This document shows, in pieces, positions 22,017 to 32,627 of a stretch of DNA of 64,000 nt. Source of the DNA: an uncultured delta proteobacterium (GTDB lineage: Bacteria; Desulfobacterota; Desulfobacteria; Desulfobacterales; JAFDCJ01); the NCBI GenBank assembly GCA_963769935.1, contig CAVYNY010000011.1, positions 128,001-192,000 on the forward strand, in the 5' to 3' direction. Below the pieces are notes generated by a model, which did not search any database, was not told the DNA's origin, and was given only the letters and a program-made list of their open reading frames with translations. Every line of letters starts with the position of its first letter. Within the stretch, counting starts at the first letter, position 1. The position numbers and the translations under genes were made by a program.

Positions 22017-22652
22017 CTACCCGGTGCGGGGGGCGCCGTCCTCCGGCAGCAGCGTCGAGGGGTATTGCACGGCAGCGCAGTAGCTTCTCGTAAAATCGAT
22101 CAAATCCGGAAAAAATGACAAAAAGTTACTTTCCAGGCGATTGTAATTGTGGCTGATTTCCTCGATTGAACCGTTCAGTGGATTGTCCGGAGAGATGCGT
22201 CTGGCAATTCTTTCCATTGTAATTTCGACCCCGTCTAACGTTCCATACTTTATCAGCCAGTTTTGCCGTCGCATGCGGGGCAATACATCCTGCAGCAACC
22301 TGGGCGGCAGGATGCTGTGGTAGGTTTGCATAACCGTGTAGACATGGCCGGCAAATTCGCCGAGATCCACAGACGCATAAGTATTCCAGAATTTGGAAAG
22401 AAAGTGATCGTAGCAGATATCTATGATGATACCGGCAAACCGCCGCCGGTAAGGGCTGAACAGTTTGCGGCAATCGGCCGTTAAGACATGGGCGTCGGCA
22501 AAAGTATCAACCTTGCGATGAAAGATAATGCCTTGCTCAATTGCCCGGCTGTATCGATTTTCGATCTTGCCCTTGACAAAGTCTCCCAGTAAGCTGCCAA
22601 GGAGAAATTCGTCCGAACCGGCTGCCAAATATGAGTGTGCCAGATAATTCAT
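22017..22652 (-). CDS. acpH: ACP phosphodiesterase (DUF479)
   Basis: MNYLAH, GSLLGDFVKG, HRKVDTFAD, DICYDHFL. Confidence 0.88.
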   Translation of the reverse strand: MNYLAHSYLAAGSDEFLLGSLLGDFVKGKIENRYSRAIEQGIIFHRKVDTFADAHVLTADCRKLFSPYRRRFAGIIIDICYDHFLSKFWNTYASVDLGEFAGHVYTVMQTYHSILPPRLLQDVLPRMRRQNWLIKYGTLDGVEITMERIARRISPDNPLNGSIEEISHNYNRLESNFLSFFPDLIDFTRSYCAAVQYPSTLLPEDGAPRTG

Positions 22653-22954
22653 TCGTGAGGTCCCCTAAACTCCTACAGCGTGATGGCGTGATGGCCCGCC
22701 CCGGTGCGACGTACTGAGAAATTAAAGCACGTTTGCCCTGGTTGGAAAAAAAATAGCTAAAATTGGGTTTATGTTAAAAACGGTCTGGGCCAGGATTCTT
22801 TACATAGGCGTTTGACGCTGAAGCCTGATCGAATGCTTAAAAAGGAGGAGCCGCCAGACTTCATCGTTATATCAACCCGTTTTTGAAATTTTGTCAACCG
22901 GCAGATTTTTTTTAACTTCCATCCGTGAATCCATTTTCATCCTCACGGCATATA

Positions 22955-22983
22955 TTGACATAACGTATTGGGCTATATAGCTT
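22955..22983 (+). promoter_or_regulatory. Putative sigma70 promoter upstream of the TRAP operon
   Basis: TTGACA-17 bp-TAGCTT. Confidence 0.45.
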
Positions 22984-23251
22984 AAGAGCTCAGCGAGCTG
23001 ACACCAGGGATGGTATGCGCCGCACCCGCTTGAACCCAATCTGTCGGAAAATAATGAAAACGATCTTTGATTTGGGCTCTCGCAGAATCAGTTTTCGATC
23101 CTGAATATCAATCAATTGGGCCTAAAAAATTCGATAAAAAGCTTGACAAGAAATTAGGAGTTTAATTTTATGGCAGGTTGCCCCTGCGGTAAATTTGGCT
23201 GAAAATTAATCGCGGGCCAAATACTTTAAACCAAGCAAAGGAGAAAATACC

Positions 23252-24229
23252 ATGAAAAAGTTATTTGTTATTTTGGTTCTGGCGGTTTTTCTGTTCGCTG
23301 CCGGCCACGCCCTGGCGGCCACAGACATCAAACTGGCAGTGGTGACCAAACCGGGTTCGGCCCAGAACGTTGCCGCTGAAAAATTTAAAGAATTGGTTGA
23401 ACAACGCTCCAATGGGGATATCAAAGTCCAGATATTTCATTCGGGCTCGCTGGGAAACGAAACTGAAATTCTTCAGCAGGTGCAAATGAACTCCATCCAG
23501 ATGGCCATTGTCACCGGAGGGGTTTTTGACACATTCGACCCCATGGCCCGGGTGGTGAATTATCCGTTTCTGTTCAAAAACTATGACCAGGTCGACAAAA
23601 TTTTGGACGGACCGCTGGGAGGCGAGCTGTTGAAGAGCCTTGAAAGCTCGGGGTTCAAAGGACTTTGCTTTTCCGAAAACGGTTTTCGAAACCTTACCAA
23701 CAACAGACGGCCGGTCAAAACCGCCGCTGATCTGGAGGGGCTTAAAATCAGGGTCATGTCTTCTGCAATCCATAAGGCCATCTGGCAGGATTTGGGCGCC
23801 AACCCGACGCCCATGCCGTGGCCTATTTATACCGAACTGGAACAGGGCGTCATTGACGGTCAGGAAAATCCCCTGTGGGTCATGGAAGTATACAAATTCT
23901 ATGAAATCCAAAAATACATGACCCTGACGCGCCATGTTTATTCCTACCACATTGATGTGGCTTCGCTGAGCTGGTGGAATACCCTGGATGCCAAAACCCA
24001 GGAAACGATTCAAAAAGCTATGTATGATGCGGCTGTTTACCAGAGAAAAGACAATCGGTCCAAAAATGCGGACCGGCTGAAGTTTTTGAAAGACAAAGGT
24101 ATGCAGATCGAAGAAAATCCCGATATCCCAAGCTTTCGCGCGAAAGTGGCGGACATCCAGAAAATGGATTTATACCAGGATCCCAGGGTCCAGGCCCTGC
24201 TGGTCAAGATGATGGCCGCAACCAAGTAA
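23252..24229 (+). CDS. dctP: TRAP substrate-binding protein
   Basis: Signal peptide; ENGFRNLT, GLKIRV, GVIDGQENP. Confidence 0.92.
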   Translation: MKKLFVILVLAVFLFAAGHALAATDIKLAVVTKPGSAQNVAAEKFKELVEQRSNGDIKVQIFHSGSLGNETEILQQVQMNSIQMAIVTGGVFDTFDPMARVVNYPFLFKNYDQVDKILDGPLGGELLKSLESSGFKGLCFSENGFRNLTNNRRPVKTAADLEGLKIRVMSSAIHKAIWQDLGANPTPMPWPIYTELEQGVIDGQENPLWVMEVYKFYEIQKYMTLTRHVYSYHIDVASLSWWNTLDAKTQETIQKAMYDAAVYQRKDNRSKNADRLKFLKDKGMQIEENPDIPSFRAKVADIQKMDLYQDPRVQALLVKMMAATK

Positions 24230-24264
24230 CCCCCATCATTAGTGCGAACCGCAAGGGAGGTGGC

Positions 24265-24750
24265 GTGTCTGTTCTCGACAAATTGAGCTTTGCCATAAAC
24301 AGCTGGATCGAATACCTGCTTTTCGGGCTGGGCTTGACCATGACCGTGGTTGTCGCCGTGCAGGTATTTTTCCGCTATGTGCTCAATCAATCGCTATTCT
24401 GGTCGGAGGAGCTGGCGCGCTATCTCCTGGTCTGGTTGTCATTTCTGGGGGCCTCGGTGGCCTATCGCCGCAAAGCCCATCCCGGCATTGATATTTTACA
24501 GGCAAAAATGCCGGGTGGGCTGCAGAAAATCTCGACCTCCATCGTCCACCTTGCATCCATGGCCCTGTTTGCCGTCATGATCTTTTTCGGATGCCGCTTC
24601 GCTTATTTCGTCAGACTGCAAATATCACCGGCCCTTTATCTGCCCAAGTGGATCGTATTCAGCATCGTTCCTATCAGCGGCTGTATTTTAATGATCCACG
24701 GTATCAGTTTTTTGCTGCAGGAACTGGCGGGAGAACACCGTGGCGACTGA
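24265..24750 (+). CDS. dctQ: TRAP small permease
   Basis: QVFFRY, WSEELARY, four TM segments. Confidence 0.9.
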   Translation: MSVLDKLSFAINSWIEYLLFGLGLTMTVVVAVQVFFRYVLNQSLFWSEELARYLLVWLSFLGASVAYRRKAHPGIDILQAKMPGGLQKISTSIVHLASMALFAVMIFFGCRFAYFVRLQISPALYLPKWIVFSIVPISGCILMIHGISFLLQELAGEHRGD

Positions 24751-26020
24751 AGTTCTCATCTTATCCCTGCTGCTGCTGTTTGCAATCAATGCTCCCATCG
24801 CCATTGCCATCGGGGTGGCCTCCTTGCTGGCAATCCTGATTCAGGGCAACTTTCCGCTGATGATGGTTGTTCAGAAAATGTTCGGGGGAATGGATTCTTT
24901 CCACCTGATGGCGGTCCCCCTGTTCATGTTCACCGGGGTCATCATGGAAGCCGGCGGAATCAGCCGCAGAATTATCGATTTTGCCAACGCCCTTGTCGGA
25001 TGGCTGCCCGGTGGACTGGCAGCGGTAACGGTTGTATCGGCCATGTTTTTTGCGGGAATTTCCGGCTCGGCCGCTGCCGATGCCGCCGCAGTGGGTGCGA
25101 TTCTGATTCCGGCTATGAAGAAATCCGGCTATGAGTCCGATTTCGCAGCTGCCGTTCAGGCTGCGGGTGGTTCCATCGGGGTCATTATTCCCCCGTCTAT
25201 TCCGATGATTATCTTCGGTTTTCTGACCGGGGCCTCTATCGGTCAGCTTTTTGCAGGCGGAATCCTGCCTGGGATTTTGATAGGTCTCTCGCTGATTGCC
25301 GTGGCAACATTTATTTCCCATAAAAAGGGATATTCGGCCACCTCGGCTTTCACATTGAAAGAAATCGGGGTCACATTTAAAAGAGCACTGCTCGCGTTGG
25401 GCGCGCCGGTGATAATCCTGGGAGGCATCCTTTTCGGGATATTCACCGCCACCGAATCGGCCGCCGTCGCGGTGGTGTATGCGCTGATCGTGGGGATGCT
25501 GGTCTATAAAAAAATCAAGATCAGAGACCTTTTTCCGCTCTTCAGGGACGGAGCTATTACCTCTGCCATTGTCATGTTTATCATCGCAACGGCTTCTGTT
25601 TTCAGTTGGATAGCAGCCATTGAGGATATCCCCGCCCACCTGGCCGGATCACTGCTGGGTCTCACCCGGGATCCGATCTATCTGATGCTGCTCATCAATT
25701 TAATTTTGCTGATTGCCGGGACATTTGTCGAAACAACCGCCTCATTGATTCTGCTGGTGCCCATGATTACCGCCATGCTGCCATCGCTGGGCGTGGATAT
25801 GATTCAACTGGGTGTAATCGTTGTGACCAATCTGGCTATCGGAATGCTGACACCGCCGATGGGGATCTGTCTGATAGTTTCCTGTTCCATCTCCGGCGAC
25901 AGTCTGGCTGCCATCAGCCGCAGAATCCTGCCCTTTTTGGCCGTCTTGTTGATTGATCTGCTGATAATCAGCTTTTATTCGCCGCTTACCATGTGGCTGG
26001 CCCGGCTGGTGGCAAAATAG
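24740..26020 (+). CDS. dctM: TRAP large permease
   Basis: AVPLF, ISGSAAAD, IIPPSIP, FTATE, TPPMG. Confidence 0.93.
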   Translation: MATEVLILSLLLLFAINAPIAIAIGVASLLAILIQGNFPLMMVVQKMFGGMDSFHLMAVPLFMFTGVIMEAGGISRRIIDFANALVGWLPGGLAAVTVVSAMFFAGISGSAAADAAAVGAILIPAMKKSGYESDFAAAVQAAGGSIGVIIPPSIPMIIFGFLTGASIGQLFAGGILPGILIGLSLIAVATFISHKKGYSATSAFTLKEIGVTFKRALLALGAPVIILGGILFGIFTATESAAVAVVYALIVGMLVYKKIKIRDLFPLFRDGAITSAIVMFIIATASVFSWIAAIEDIPAHLAGSLLGLTRDPIYLMLLINLILLIAGTFVETTASLILLVPMITAMLPSLGVDMIQLGVIVVTNLAIGMLTPPMGICLIVSCSISGDSLAAISRRILPFLAVLLIDLLIISFYSPLTMWLARLVAK

Positions 26021-26155
26021 TAAAGAATCCTGGCCCAGCTTCTTGCCCGCAGGCCTACAGCCCGGAGGGAGGGGTGGTGTTTGAAGTCACATAACCCATG
26101 GAATATTGGGCATGAAAAGGGGATGATGCTCTAATTTTATTTTCTGATCAGTGCC
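26020..26155. repeat. Repeat family A, internally deleted copy
   Basis: Three blocks are reverse complements of parts of 9985-10238; lies between convergent dctM and menA. Confidence 0.75.
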
Positions 26156-26177
26156 GTATCCCAGGAAACGGATGATT

Positions 26178-27086
26178 CTATTTCGATAAAATTAGGCCAA
26201 TCGACAGCAGCACACTGAAGACAAGGGTCAGTTTCGCTGTGCCGGCAAGCGTATGATTCAATGCAGGGCCTCCCTGAGTTTTCCATACGATCCGATTTAA
26301 GCGGACCGCCAGCGGCAATGACAGGCCTGGCAACAGAATCCAGACTGAAGTTTTACCGTCGAGCCAGAAGATGGCCGGCAAGGCATATGCGCCGACCTGC
26401 AAGGCCGTGTATTCCAACCTGGCGCCGCGATTCCCGATCAAGACTGCCAGCGTATGTTTACCGGCCCGGCGGTCGGTTTGAATGTCCCGCAAATTGTTTA
26501 TCACCAGGATGGCTGTGATCAGCAATCCCTCCACAATACCCAGAAGAAAAACCAGCGACTTCAATTCGAGGGTTTGAACGTAGTATGTTCCGCCAACGGC
26601 AACTAATCCGAAGAAAATAAAGACAAACAGATCGCCCAGGGCATGCGAGGCCAGCGGATAGGGGCCGCCGCTGTAAGCGAGGGCTGCTAAAATCGAGCCG
26701 CTGCCGATAATTACTGCCGGCCATCCTCCCCGCGCAATCAGATAAACCCCCGGCAACAGCGTCATCACGAAAATGATGATCATAGCAGTTTTTACCCGGG
26801 CCGGCGGTATCAATCCGCTTTGGGTCACCCGAATAGGGCCCAGCCGGTCTTCCGCATCAATACCTTTTTTAAAATCGAAATAATCATTGGCCAGATTTAC
26901 CCCGATCTGCAGCAAAAGAGCGACTGATAAGGCCGCCATTGCCGGCAGCAGTGAAAAGCCCAGATCGGCATAAGCCAGCGCACTGCCCACAATCACCGGT
27001 GCCACTGCAGCGGGCAGGGTCTTTGGCCGCGTGGCCAGCAGCCATGCACTTACCGGGCCTGTCGTATCGGATTGGACTTGACTCAT
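26178..27086 (-). CDS. menA: 1,4-dihydroxy-2-naphthoate polyprenyltransferase
   Basis: ATRPKTL, NLANDYFD, YSGGPYP, NNLRDI..DR.AGK.TLAV. Confidence 0.93.
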   Translation of the reverse strand: MSQVQSDTTGPVSAWLLATRPKTLPAAVAPVIVGSALAYADLGFSLLPAMAALSVALLLQIGVNLANDYFDFKKGIDAEDRLGPIRVTQSGLIPPARVKTAMIIIFVMTLLPGVYLIARGGWPAVIIGSGSILAALAYSGGPYPLASHALGDLFVFIFFGLVAVGGTYYVQTLELKSLVFLLGIVEGLLITAILVINNLRDIQTDRRAGKHTLAVLIGNRGARLEYTALQVGAYALPAIFWLDGKTSVWILLPGLSLPLAVRLNRIVWKTQGGPALNHTLAGTAKLTLVFSVLLSIGLILSK

Positions 27087-27392
27087 AATTTTTCACAAAA
27101 TGGGGTGTCAAATCCTGATTAGTGATTAACCGGTGTTCTATAATCACTTTTGGAAGCACTACCCCATTATTCCGAAACAAATTACGATCTTTATTGTCAG
27201 AAACGATATTGCACTGCTGGTTGCCCCCGGACAATCCTTGATATAGAGACCCTTAATATTCGATTCTCCATTTAGAAAAAACTGCGGCAATTTGGCAATT
27301 ATCCGCCATGCAAGCCTTGCCCCGATCTTCTTTCCGTTTGCTGATTCGGAGCACGCAGACAGCCGGCGGGACGGCCGGTCCTGCTGATTGGC

Positions 27393-28316
27393 TTATGCAA
27401 GCTCCCTTTCCCACTGCTGCAACTGTTCGATGGTTGTCGTGCTGCCTCCGCACACGATTACCAGAACTGATTTGCAGGTATCAAGCTCCGCTAAACCGTC
27501 ATAGATAGTTGCGAGCGAAGCACCGCACGCCGGCTCGACAAGCAGGCGATGGTCCGCCAGGAATCTTTCACATGCGGCTACGGCCGCTCGATCCGATACA
27601 ACGACACTTCGTATCGGATGTTTTTTTGACCAATTGAACGCCTGCTCACAAACTTTCCTGGCTCCCAAAGTAGTCGCAATGCTGGAAATAGCGGGCAATT
27701 CAACCCGGTATCCCGCCCGAACGGACTGCGCGAAGGAGTCGGCGCCTTGGGTTTCAACGGCAATCACCGGCACATCGGTCCAGCCGTTGCGATGCAGTCC
27801 CTCCAAGACGCCGCACAGCAGCCCGCCGCCGCCTACCGATAAAACGACAGCACCGGGCTTCACCCCGGAGGTGGCAACTTCGTCAATCAGGCTGGCATGC
27901 CCCCGCCAAATCAGAGGGTCGTCGAACGGATGCAGGAATGCATCGGACTTTTCCACCAGCGACAATGCAAAGGCATTCGCTTCCTGCCAGGAGGTGCCAT
28001 GGACGATAACTTCGGCGCTTTCCTGAAGGATAAGGGCTCTGGCTTTTTCAGACGTTGTCTCGGGCACCACGACCACCACCGGCACCGATAGACGGCGCCC
28101 CGCGTAGGCCACCGCGATACCCGCATTGCCGCCGGAGGATGAAATAAATCGCCGGGCGCCGCGGCGCAGGTATTCCCGGCACGCCAGGCCGATGCCGCGG
28201 ATTTTAAACGAGCCGGGCGGCTGCAGGGCTTCGAGCTTCAGCAGGACGGTCCGGCCGGAGCGCAGGCTAAGTGCGCGGGACTCGACAAGCGGCGTTTCAA
28301 TGTGTAGATGTTCCAT
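27393..28316 (-). CDS. PLP-dependent serine/threonine dehydratase (SDS-like)
   Basis: KLEALQPPGSFKIRG, SSGGNAG, SVGGGGL, VEPACGA, VCGG. Confidence 0.88.
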   Translation of the reverse strand: MEHLHIETPLVESRALSLRSGRTVLLKLEALQPPGSFKIRGIGLACREYLRRGARRFISSSGGNAGIAVAYAGRRLSVPVVVVVPETTSEKARALILQESAEVIVHGTSWQEANAFALSLVEKSDAFLHPFDDPLIWRGHASLIDEVATSGVKPGAVVLSVGGGGLLCGVLEGLHRNGWTDVPVIAVETQGADSFAQSVRAGYRVELPAISSIATTLGARKVCEQAFNWSKKHPIRSVVVSDRAAVAACERFLADHRLLVEPACGASLATIYDGLAELDTCKSVLVIVCGGSTTTIEQLQQWERELA

Positions 28317-28379
28317 TAAATGGGGCCTCGGATGGGGGTTTGCAACCACTTCCAGGTATTTTAAGTAATCCAGCCATAG

Positions 28380-28745
28380 CTAGCTCGACAGCCAGGCCTC
28401 TGCTTCTGCTTTCCGTTCTCTGGCAAAAGCCTTAATTTCCAGACCCGGGAAAAGCGCACCCTCGAATTCACTTACCTTTGCTATCCAGGTTTTGTCTGTT
28501 AATACTGCAGCGCGGTCGAATTTTTTTATTAAACCGAGCATCGAAGGCAGGCGGGAAAATTCAATTGCAATTGCACTAAGCGACGGGAAATGGAAATCTA
28601 TAATTTCATATAGCATTTTCCCATTTTCAATATTCTCCGACTTGCGGACAAGTTCATCCAACGCAATTTTCATTTCCGCAGTGTCTAATTTCCCGCTCAA
28701 CTGGATATCTAAACGATTTTCACCGTTTTTTTCTACTTTAAACAT
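28380..28745 (-). CDS. SpoIIAA-like (STAS/SEC14) protein
   Basis: SGKLD, FDRAAVLTDKTWI, PGLEIKAF, AEAWL. Confidence 0.8.
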   Translation of the reverse strand: MFKVEKNGENRLDIQLSGKLDTAEMKIALDELVRKSENIENGKMLYEIIDFHFPSLSAIAIEFSRLPSMLGLIKKFDRAAVLTDKTWIAKVSEFEGALFPGLEIKAFARERKAEAEAWLSS

Positions 28746-28781
28746 AACCTTTCTCCTCATAAGATTAGAGATCACGGCTTA

Positions 28782-28938
28782 GGGTTCACGAAAAAATTAA
28801 TTCACAATTTTAGTTGAGGCGCCCGGACGGCAAGGCGCGAAAACGCAGGAATCCGCCGCGGCGGATTCGGAGCTTTCGCAACCCAGCCGGGCGGGATGCA
28901 TCGGCGTATAAAATGTGAAGTTATTTTTGAGTGAGCCC
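28782..28938. mobile_element. MITE family B, complete (157 bp)
   Basis: About 30-bp TIRs (GGGTTCACGAAAAAA...TTCACAATTTTA / TAAAATGTGAAGTTATTTTTGAGTGAGCCC); TTA on both flanks. Confidence 0.85.
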
Positions 28939-29093
28939 TTACTTTACACCCTTTTTATCCTGAATACAAAACCTTGCTGCGGACCCATCCGATTAAGGTC
29001 TTTTTTTCCCGCAACCCGACACCCTGCTGGCATATTTTGTGCTGTTGCCTGCATGGAGAATCTGTCGTTAAACCAACTTTACGGAGGGTTCTT

Positions 29094-29708
29094 ATGGATA
29101 TCAACGCAGTACAGCGATCCTGCGGCATGGTGCCGTCTCAGAGACCGGCAAAAGCTGCCTGCCGCGGCAATAATTTACCGGCGGGGGCAATAAACAGCGG
29201 CACAGCCTGCAAGGTCGACCTGTCAGCCCGGGCGAAGTCCTTGTCCGGACTGCCGCCGCTCATGTTTCCATCGCGGGAAAACGTGCAGAAGCTTTCCGCT
29301 TCTCTTGCCGGAGATCTGAAGGAGCTTTTCAGCCAGGCCGGAATCAGTTCAACTCCCCCCGTTGAGTTCACCGTGGATTCCTACACGGGGCAGGTCGGCG
29401 TCAAGGGCAATCGACCGGATGCCGGTCAAATTGAGGACCTGATCAAAGAAAATCCCGCTATTGAGCTTCAGATCCACAATGTCGCAGCGATGAGCAGCCA
29501 TGTCGTTGGGCTGGAAAAAGCCATGGAGGCCGCCCAGGCGTACCGGGCCGCAGAGAGTGCGGCTGAAATCGACCAGGTTATTGCCAGGTATTCTTCGATT
29601 TACAATCAAAGCGGCCCACCCCAGGTTGTCGATTTTTCGCTGGTCTTCAATGGGGAGGATGTTCAGGTACACGCTGATGGGGAACCGTGGAAATCTTTCT
29701 CGGAATAG
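29094..29708 (+). CDS. Hypothetical protein
   Basis: GGAGG SD before ATG 29094; long ORF; no recognised motif. Confidence 0.65.
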   Translation: MDINAVQRSCGMVPSQRPAKAACRGNNLPAGAINSGTACKVDLSARAKSLSGLPPLMFPSRENVQKLSASLAGDLKELFSQAGISSTPPVEFTVDSYTGQVGVKGNRPDAGQIEDLIKENPAIELQIHNVAAMSSHVVGLEKAMEAAQAYRAAESAAEIDQVIARYSSIYNQSGPPQVVDFSLVFNGEDVQVHADGEPWKSFSE

Positions 29709-29731
29709 TTTCGTCGGAAAAGGAATCTGTA

Positions 29732-30481
29732 TTATGCCCCCCGCATGTCAACGCTGAGGCGCTCGAGCAAATCTGCCGTAGCCAAATGGCCGGTTATCAT
29801 AGCGTCGTGCCCGGTTGCGAGTTCAACAATGGGCCATCCGGCCGCCTTGGCCCGCCGGCGGCACACGAAGGTCGGTTCATAAATTGGATCGGTGCAGGAA
29901 ATATAGCATGCCGGCAATCCGTTCCCAACCGGGCCTTCCAGCTTCAATTCAGAAGTAAACGTCGCCAGCGGGTGAGGTGTCAGCCTGCTCGCCAAATACC
30001 CAGCATCTGCGGGATCGAAAACACCGAAAGATTCCACTGGGGGGACTGGCAGACTGAGGCCCCTGCTGCTTTCCCTGGCAGCCTGGATACGTTCTTTCAC
30101 GATTTCTTCCGGCAGCAGGCCGAACCAGGTCTCCCCATCTTCAATGATGGCTGCATCCAGATAGATCAAACCTGCGATCCTTTCGGGCACCGCATCAGCA
30201 GCCCCGGTTATCGCCGCTCCGCCAAAGCTGTGTCCGACGAGAACGACGTCCTTCAAGTCTTGCCACTTCAGATGATTGACGATATCATCGACGAATACAG
30301 ATAATGTGACAGATTCCGATAGCAAGTGCGAGCGCTCACCCAGGCCCGTTTGCGTGGGCGTCGTTACTGCGTGTCCGTGCTGTCGCAGAATGTCGGCCAC
30401 GCGCTTCCAGCACCAGCCGCCATGCCAGGCGCCGTGAACAAGCACAAATGTGGTTGGCTTGCTGGATTCTGCCACTGTCAT
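29732..30481 (-). CDS. Alpha/beta hydrolase (esterase)
   Basis: VLVHGAWHGGWCW, GHSFGG, YLDA, TGHD. Confidence 0.9.
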   Translation of the reverse strand: MTVAESSKPTTFVLVHGAWHGGWCWKRVADILRQHGHAVTTPTQTGLGERSHLLSESVTLSVFVDDIVNHLKWQDLKDVVLVGHSFGGAAITGAADAVPERIAGLIYLDAAIIEDGETWFGLLPEEIVKERIQAARESSRGLSLPVPPVESFGVFDPADAGYLASRLTPHPLATFTSELKLEGPVGNGLPACYISCTDPIYEPTFVCRRRAKAAGWPIVELATGHDAMITGHLATADLLERLSVDMRGA

Positions 30482-30495
30482 CCCAAATTTCCCCT

Positions 30496-31566
30496 CTAAT
30501 TTAATTTCACACCACGCAACACGATGGCATCTTCCGGACAGACCTCATGGCAGCAGAAACAACGTATGCACTTTGAATAGGTTATCTCTGCCATCCGGCC
30601 TTTGACCGCGACCGCTTGCTTGGGGCAGATGTTTTCGCAGGCCCCACAGGCTGTGCATTTATCCGTAATCACGGGGCTTTTTCTTGGAGGCTTTTTGCCG
30701 GTAAGCAGATGATCGGCCGTATTGGGCAATCTGAACCCTTTATAGGCAACATCCTCGGGGGCATGAATCGGATAGTCAATCCTCTCAGGCCACATTCCGC
30801 GAACTTTAGCTCTTTTAAGTGCCGGTATGGCCACGGGCTCGACTCCCAGAATCCTGCATACCGCAATGTCCAGCGCCACATTATCTGTCGATGCCAGAAC
30901 TAGACCCATTTCTACGGGATCGCCGCTTCCGGGTCCTTGGCCTTGCATCCCTATAATACCGTCCAGGATGTATAGCTGCGGCTTCATGATGGTAAGAAGA
31001 TCCAGCATCATGTCCGCAAAGTTTTCTTTGCGTGGAAACATAGCATGGTATTTTGCCTTGGTGAGACCGGGAACGGCGCCATACATAATCTTGGATGCCA
31101 GTGTCAAATACTGATAGGAGTGCGTTTTAAGTTTCGGCAGCGCAATGACCTTATCGGCATCAAGCACATAGTCACAGATGGCAGACCTTTGCAAGCGCTT
31201 GCCTTCCGGGATATCAATCCTCTTGACGCCTGTATCAAAGTTCAGAGGAATCTTTTCTTCGCCTGCCATCGCCTCGAGCCCTGACCGCCGATAGGCCTTT
31301 TGAAGGCTTCTTTGGGAAAAGGTTCCCGCCGGTGAGTCGCCGATATACGGTTCTCCTCCCGCCTTTCTTACAGCCTTGGCCACTGCCCGTACAAATTCAG
31401 GGTGTGTGGTCACGGCCTTTTCCGGCGCTTTGGCGGATAACAGGTTAACCTTGAGGAGGACTTTATCGTTCTTTTTTACAAACTGCTCCATACCCCCAAA
31501 GGGCGCCAGGAGGGCTTCAATCCCCGGATCGGAATAGGTTGTCTTAATGATGCTGACCTTTGCCAT
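30496..31566 (-). CDS. DUF362 protein with C-terminal 2x[4Fe-4S] ferredoxin
   Basis: VLLKVN, TTHP, PKLKTH, DGIIGMQGQGP; CTACGAC...CP and CIRCFCC...CP. Confidence 0.88.
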   Translation of the reverse strand: MAKVSIIKTTYSDPGIEALLAPFGGMEQFVKKNDKVLLKVNLLSAKAPEKAVTTHPEFVRAVAKAVRKAGGEPYIGDSPAGTFSQRSLQKAYRRSGLEAMAGEEKIPLNFDTGVKRIDIPEGKRLQRSAICDYVLDADKVIALPKLKTHSYQYLTLASKIMYGAVPGLTKAKYHAMFPRKENFADMMLDLLTIMKPQLYILDGIIGMQGQGPGSGDPVEMGLVLASTDNVALDIAVCRILGVEPVAIPALKRAKVRGMWPERIDYPIHAPEDVAYKGFRLPNTADHLLTGKKPPRKSPVITDKCTACGACENICPKQAVAVKGRMAEITYSKCIRCFCCHEVCPEDAIVLRGVKLN

Positions 31567-31694
31567 TTCTTTATCCCTCCGGCAAACGAATTTGACTTGT
31601 GAAAAAGTCCGGTGCCAAATCCCGGCAGGCAGCTGCCCGGGCATGGTTTTTAAAATTTATAATTCGGTAATCTGAAAAATGAAGGGTTATTTTC

Positions 31695-32627
31695 TTAACT
31701 TGCTTCGTTTATTGAAAAGCGGTCACCGTGGTCCGACCCCACTTCCGGACGTACTACGTGCGCCACTGCGATCCGGTAGAACTCGTAGCCTCGCATATGA
31801 GCCGCCGCGCGTCCAAAGCAGCGGCTGCGGTACTCAGCAGCGCCAAGATTTTCGTCGAGCACAAGGCCCCGACTTGCAACATAGGCGAACAGGTGCGACG
31901 GCTCCCAGCCGAATGTCCACCGCTCGTTCGCGTTGCGCAGGGTTGCAAACAATTTGCGGGTCCCGTAAAACACCTCCGGCGTGTCCAGTACGTGCCGATC
32001 AACGTATGTAAAAGCCACTCTGCTGCCACCGGCGGCGCTCGCGCACCAGCGAAGCGTTCGATCGACGGCATCTCCGGTCAGGTAATTCGTAACGCCCTCC
32101 CAAATGAACAGCGTGGGCCGGTCGGCGTCGTAACCTGCCGCTTTCATCATGTCCGGCAATTGCTGGGAGTTGAAGTCAATCGGCACAAAACGCACGCGCT
32201 GAGGAATTGAATTGAGCACGGATTCCATAATCGAACGTTTAGCGGCCGATGTGGAAGGATGGTCGACCTCAAAGACGGGCACCCGAGACATGGCGGCGAT
32301 TCGGTAAGCACGTGCATCAAAGCCGGCTCCGAGAATAACGACTTGTTCGCTGCCGCGGGCGAGGGCGGCCGCGGCCACGTCGTCGATGAAACGGGTTCTT
32401 GCCACGGCTGAAGTGCGGGCGCCCGGCCAGCGGTAATCGATATAGCCTCGGATCAGGGCGCCGACCGGCCGAGACTTGGATAGAGTGACCACAAGGCGAA
32501 GTGGAGCACTCAGAAAGGCAGCGGCGAATCGATCTTCGCAGATACGCCGCTCGGCGCCCAGATTCATCTCCAACGCGCGAAACAGTGCCATGTACTCTGC
32601 GGTGCGACTGGCCCGCCCCTCTTTCAT
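31695..32627 (-). CDS. SAM-dependent methyltransferase (LCM/TIGR00027-like)
   Basis: RTRFIDD, QVVILGAGFDAR, FEVDHP, WEGVTNYL. Confidence 0.88.
   Translation of the reverse strand: MKEGRASRTAEYMALFRALEMNLGAERRICEDRFAAAFLSAPLRLVVTLSKSRPVGALIRGYIDYRWPGARTSAVARTRFIDDVAAAALARGSEQVVILGAGFDARAYRIAAMSRVPVFEVDHPSTSAAKRSIMESVLNSIPQRVRFVPIDFNSQQLPDMMKAAGYDADRPTLFIWEGVTNYLTGDAVDRTLRWCASAAGGSRVAFTYVDRHVLDTPEVFYGTRKLFATLRNANERWTFGWEPSHLFAYVASRGLVLDENLGAAEYRSRCFGRAAAHMRGYEFYRIAVAHVVRPEVGSDHGDRFSINEAS

Noticed and set aside
28967..28995. sigma28 promoter for 29094-29708
   Set aside because: TCCGATTA is plausible but the -35 match and spacing are off.
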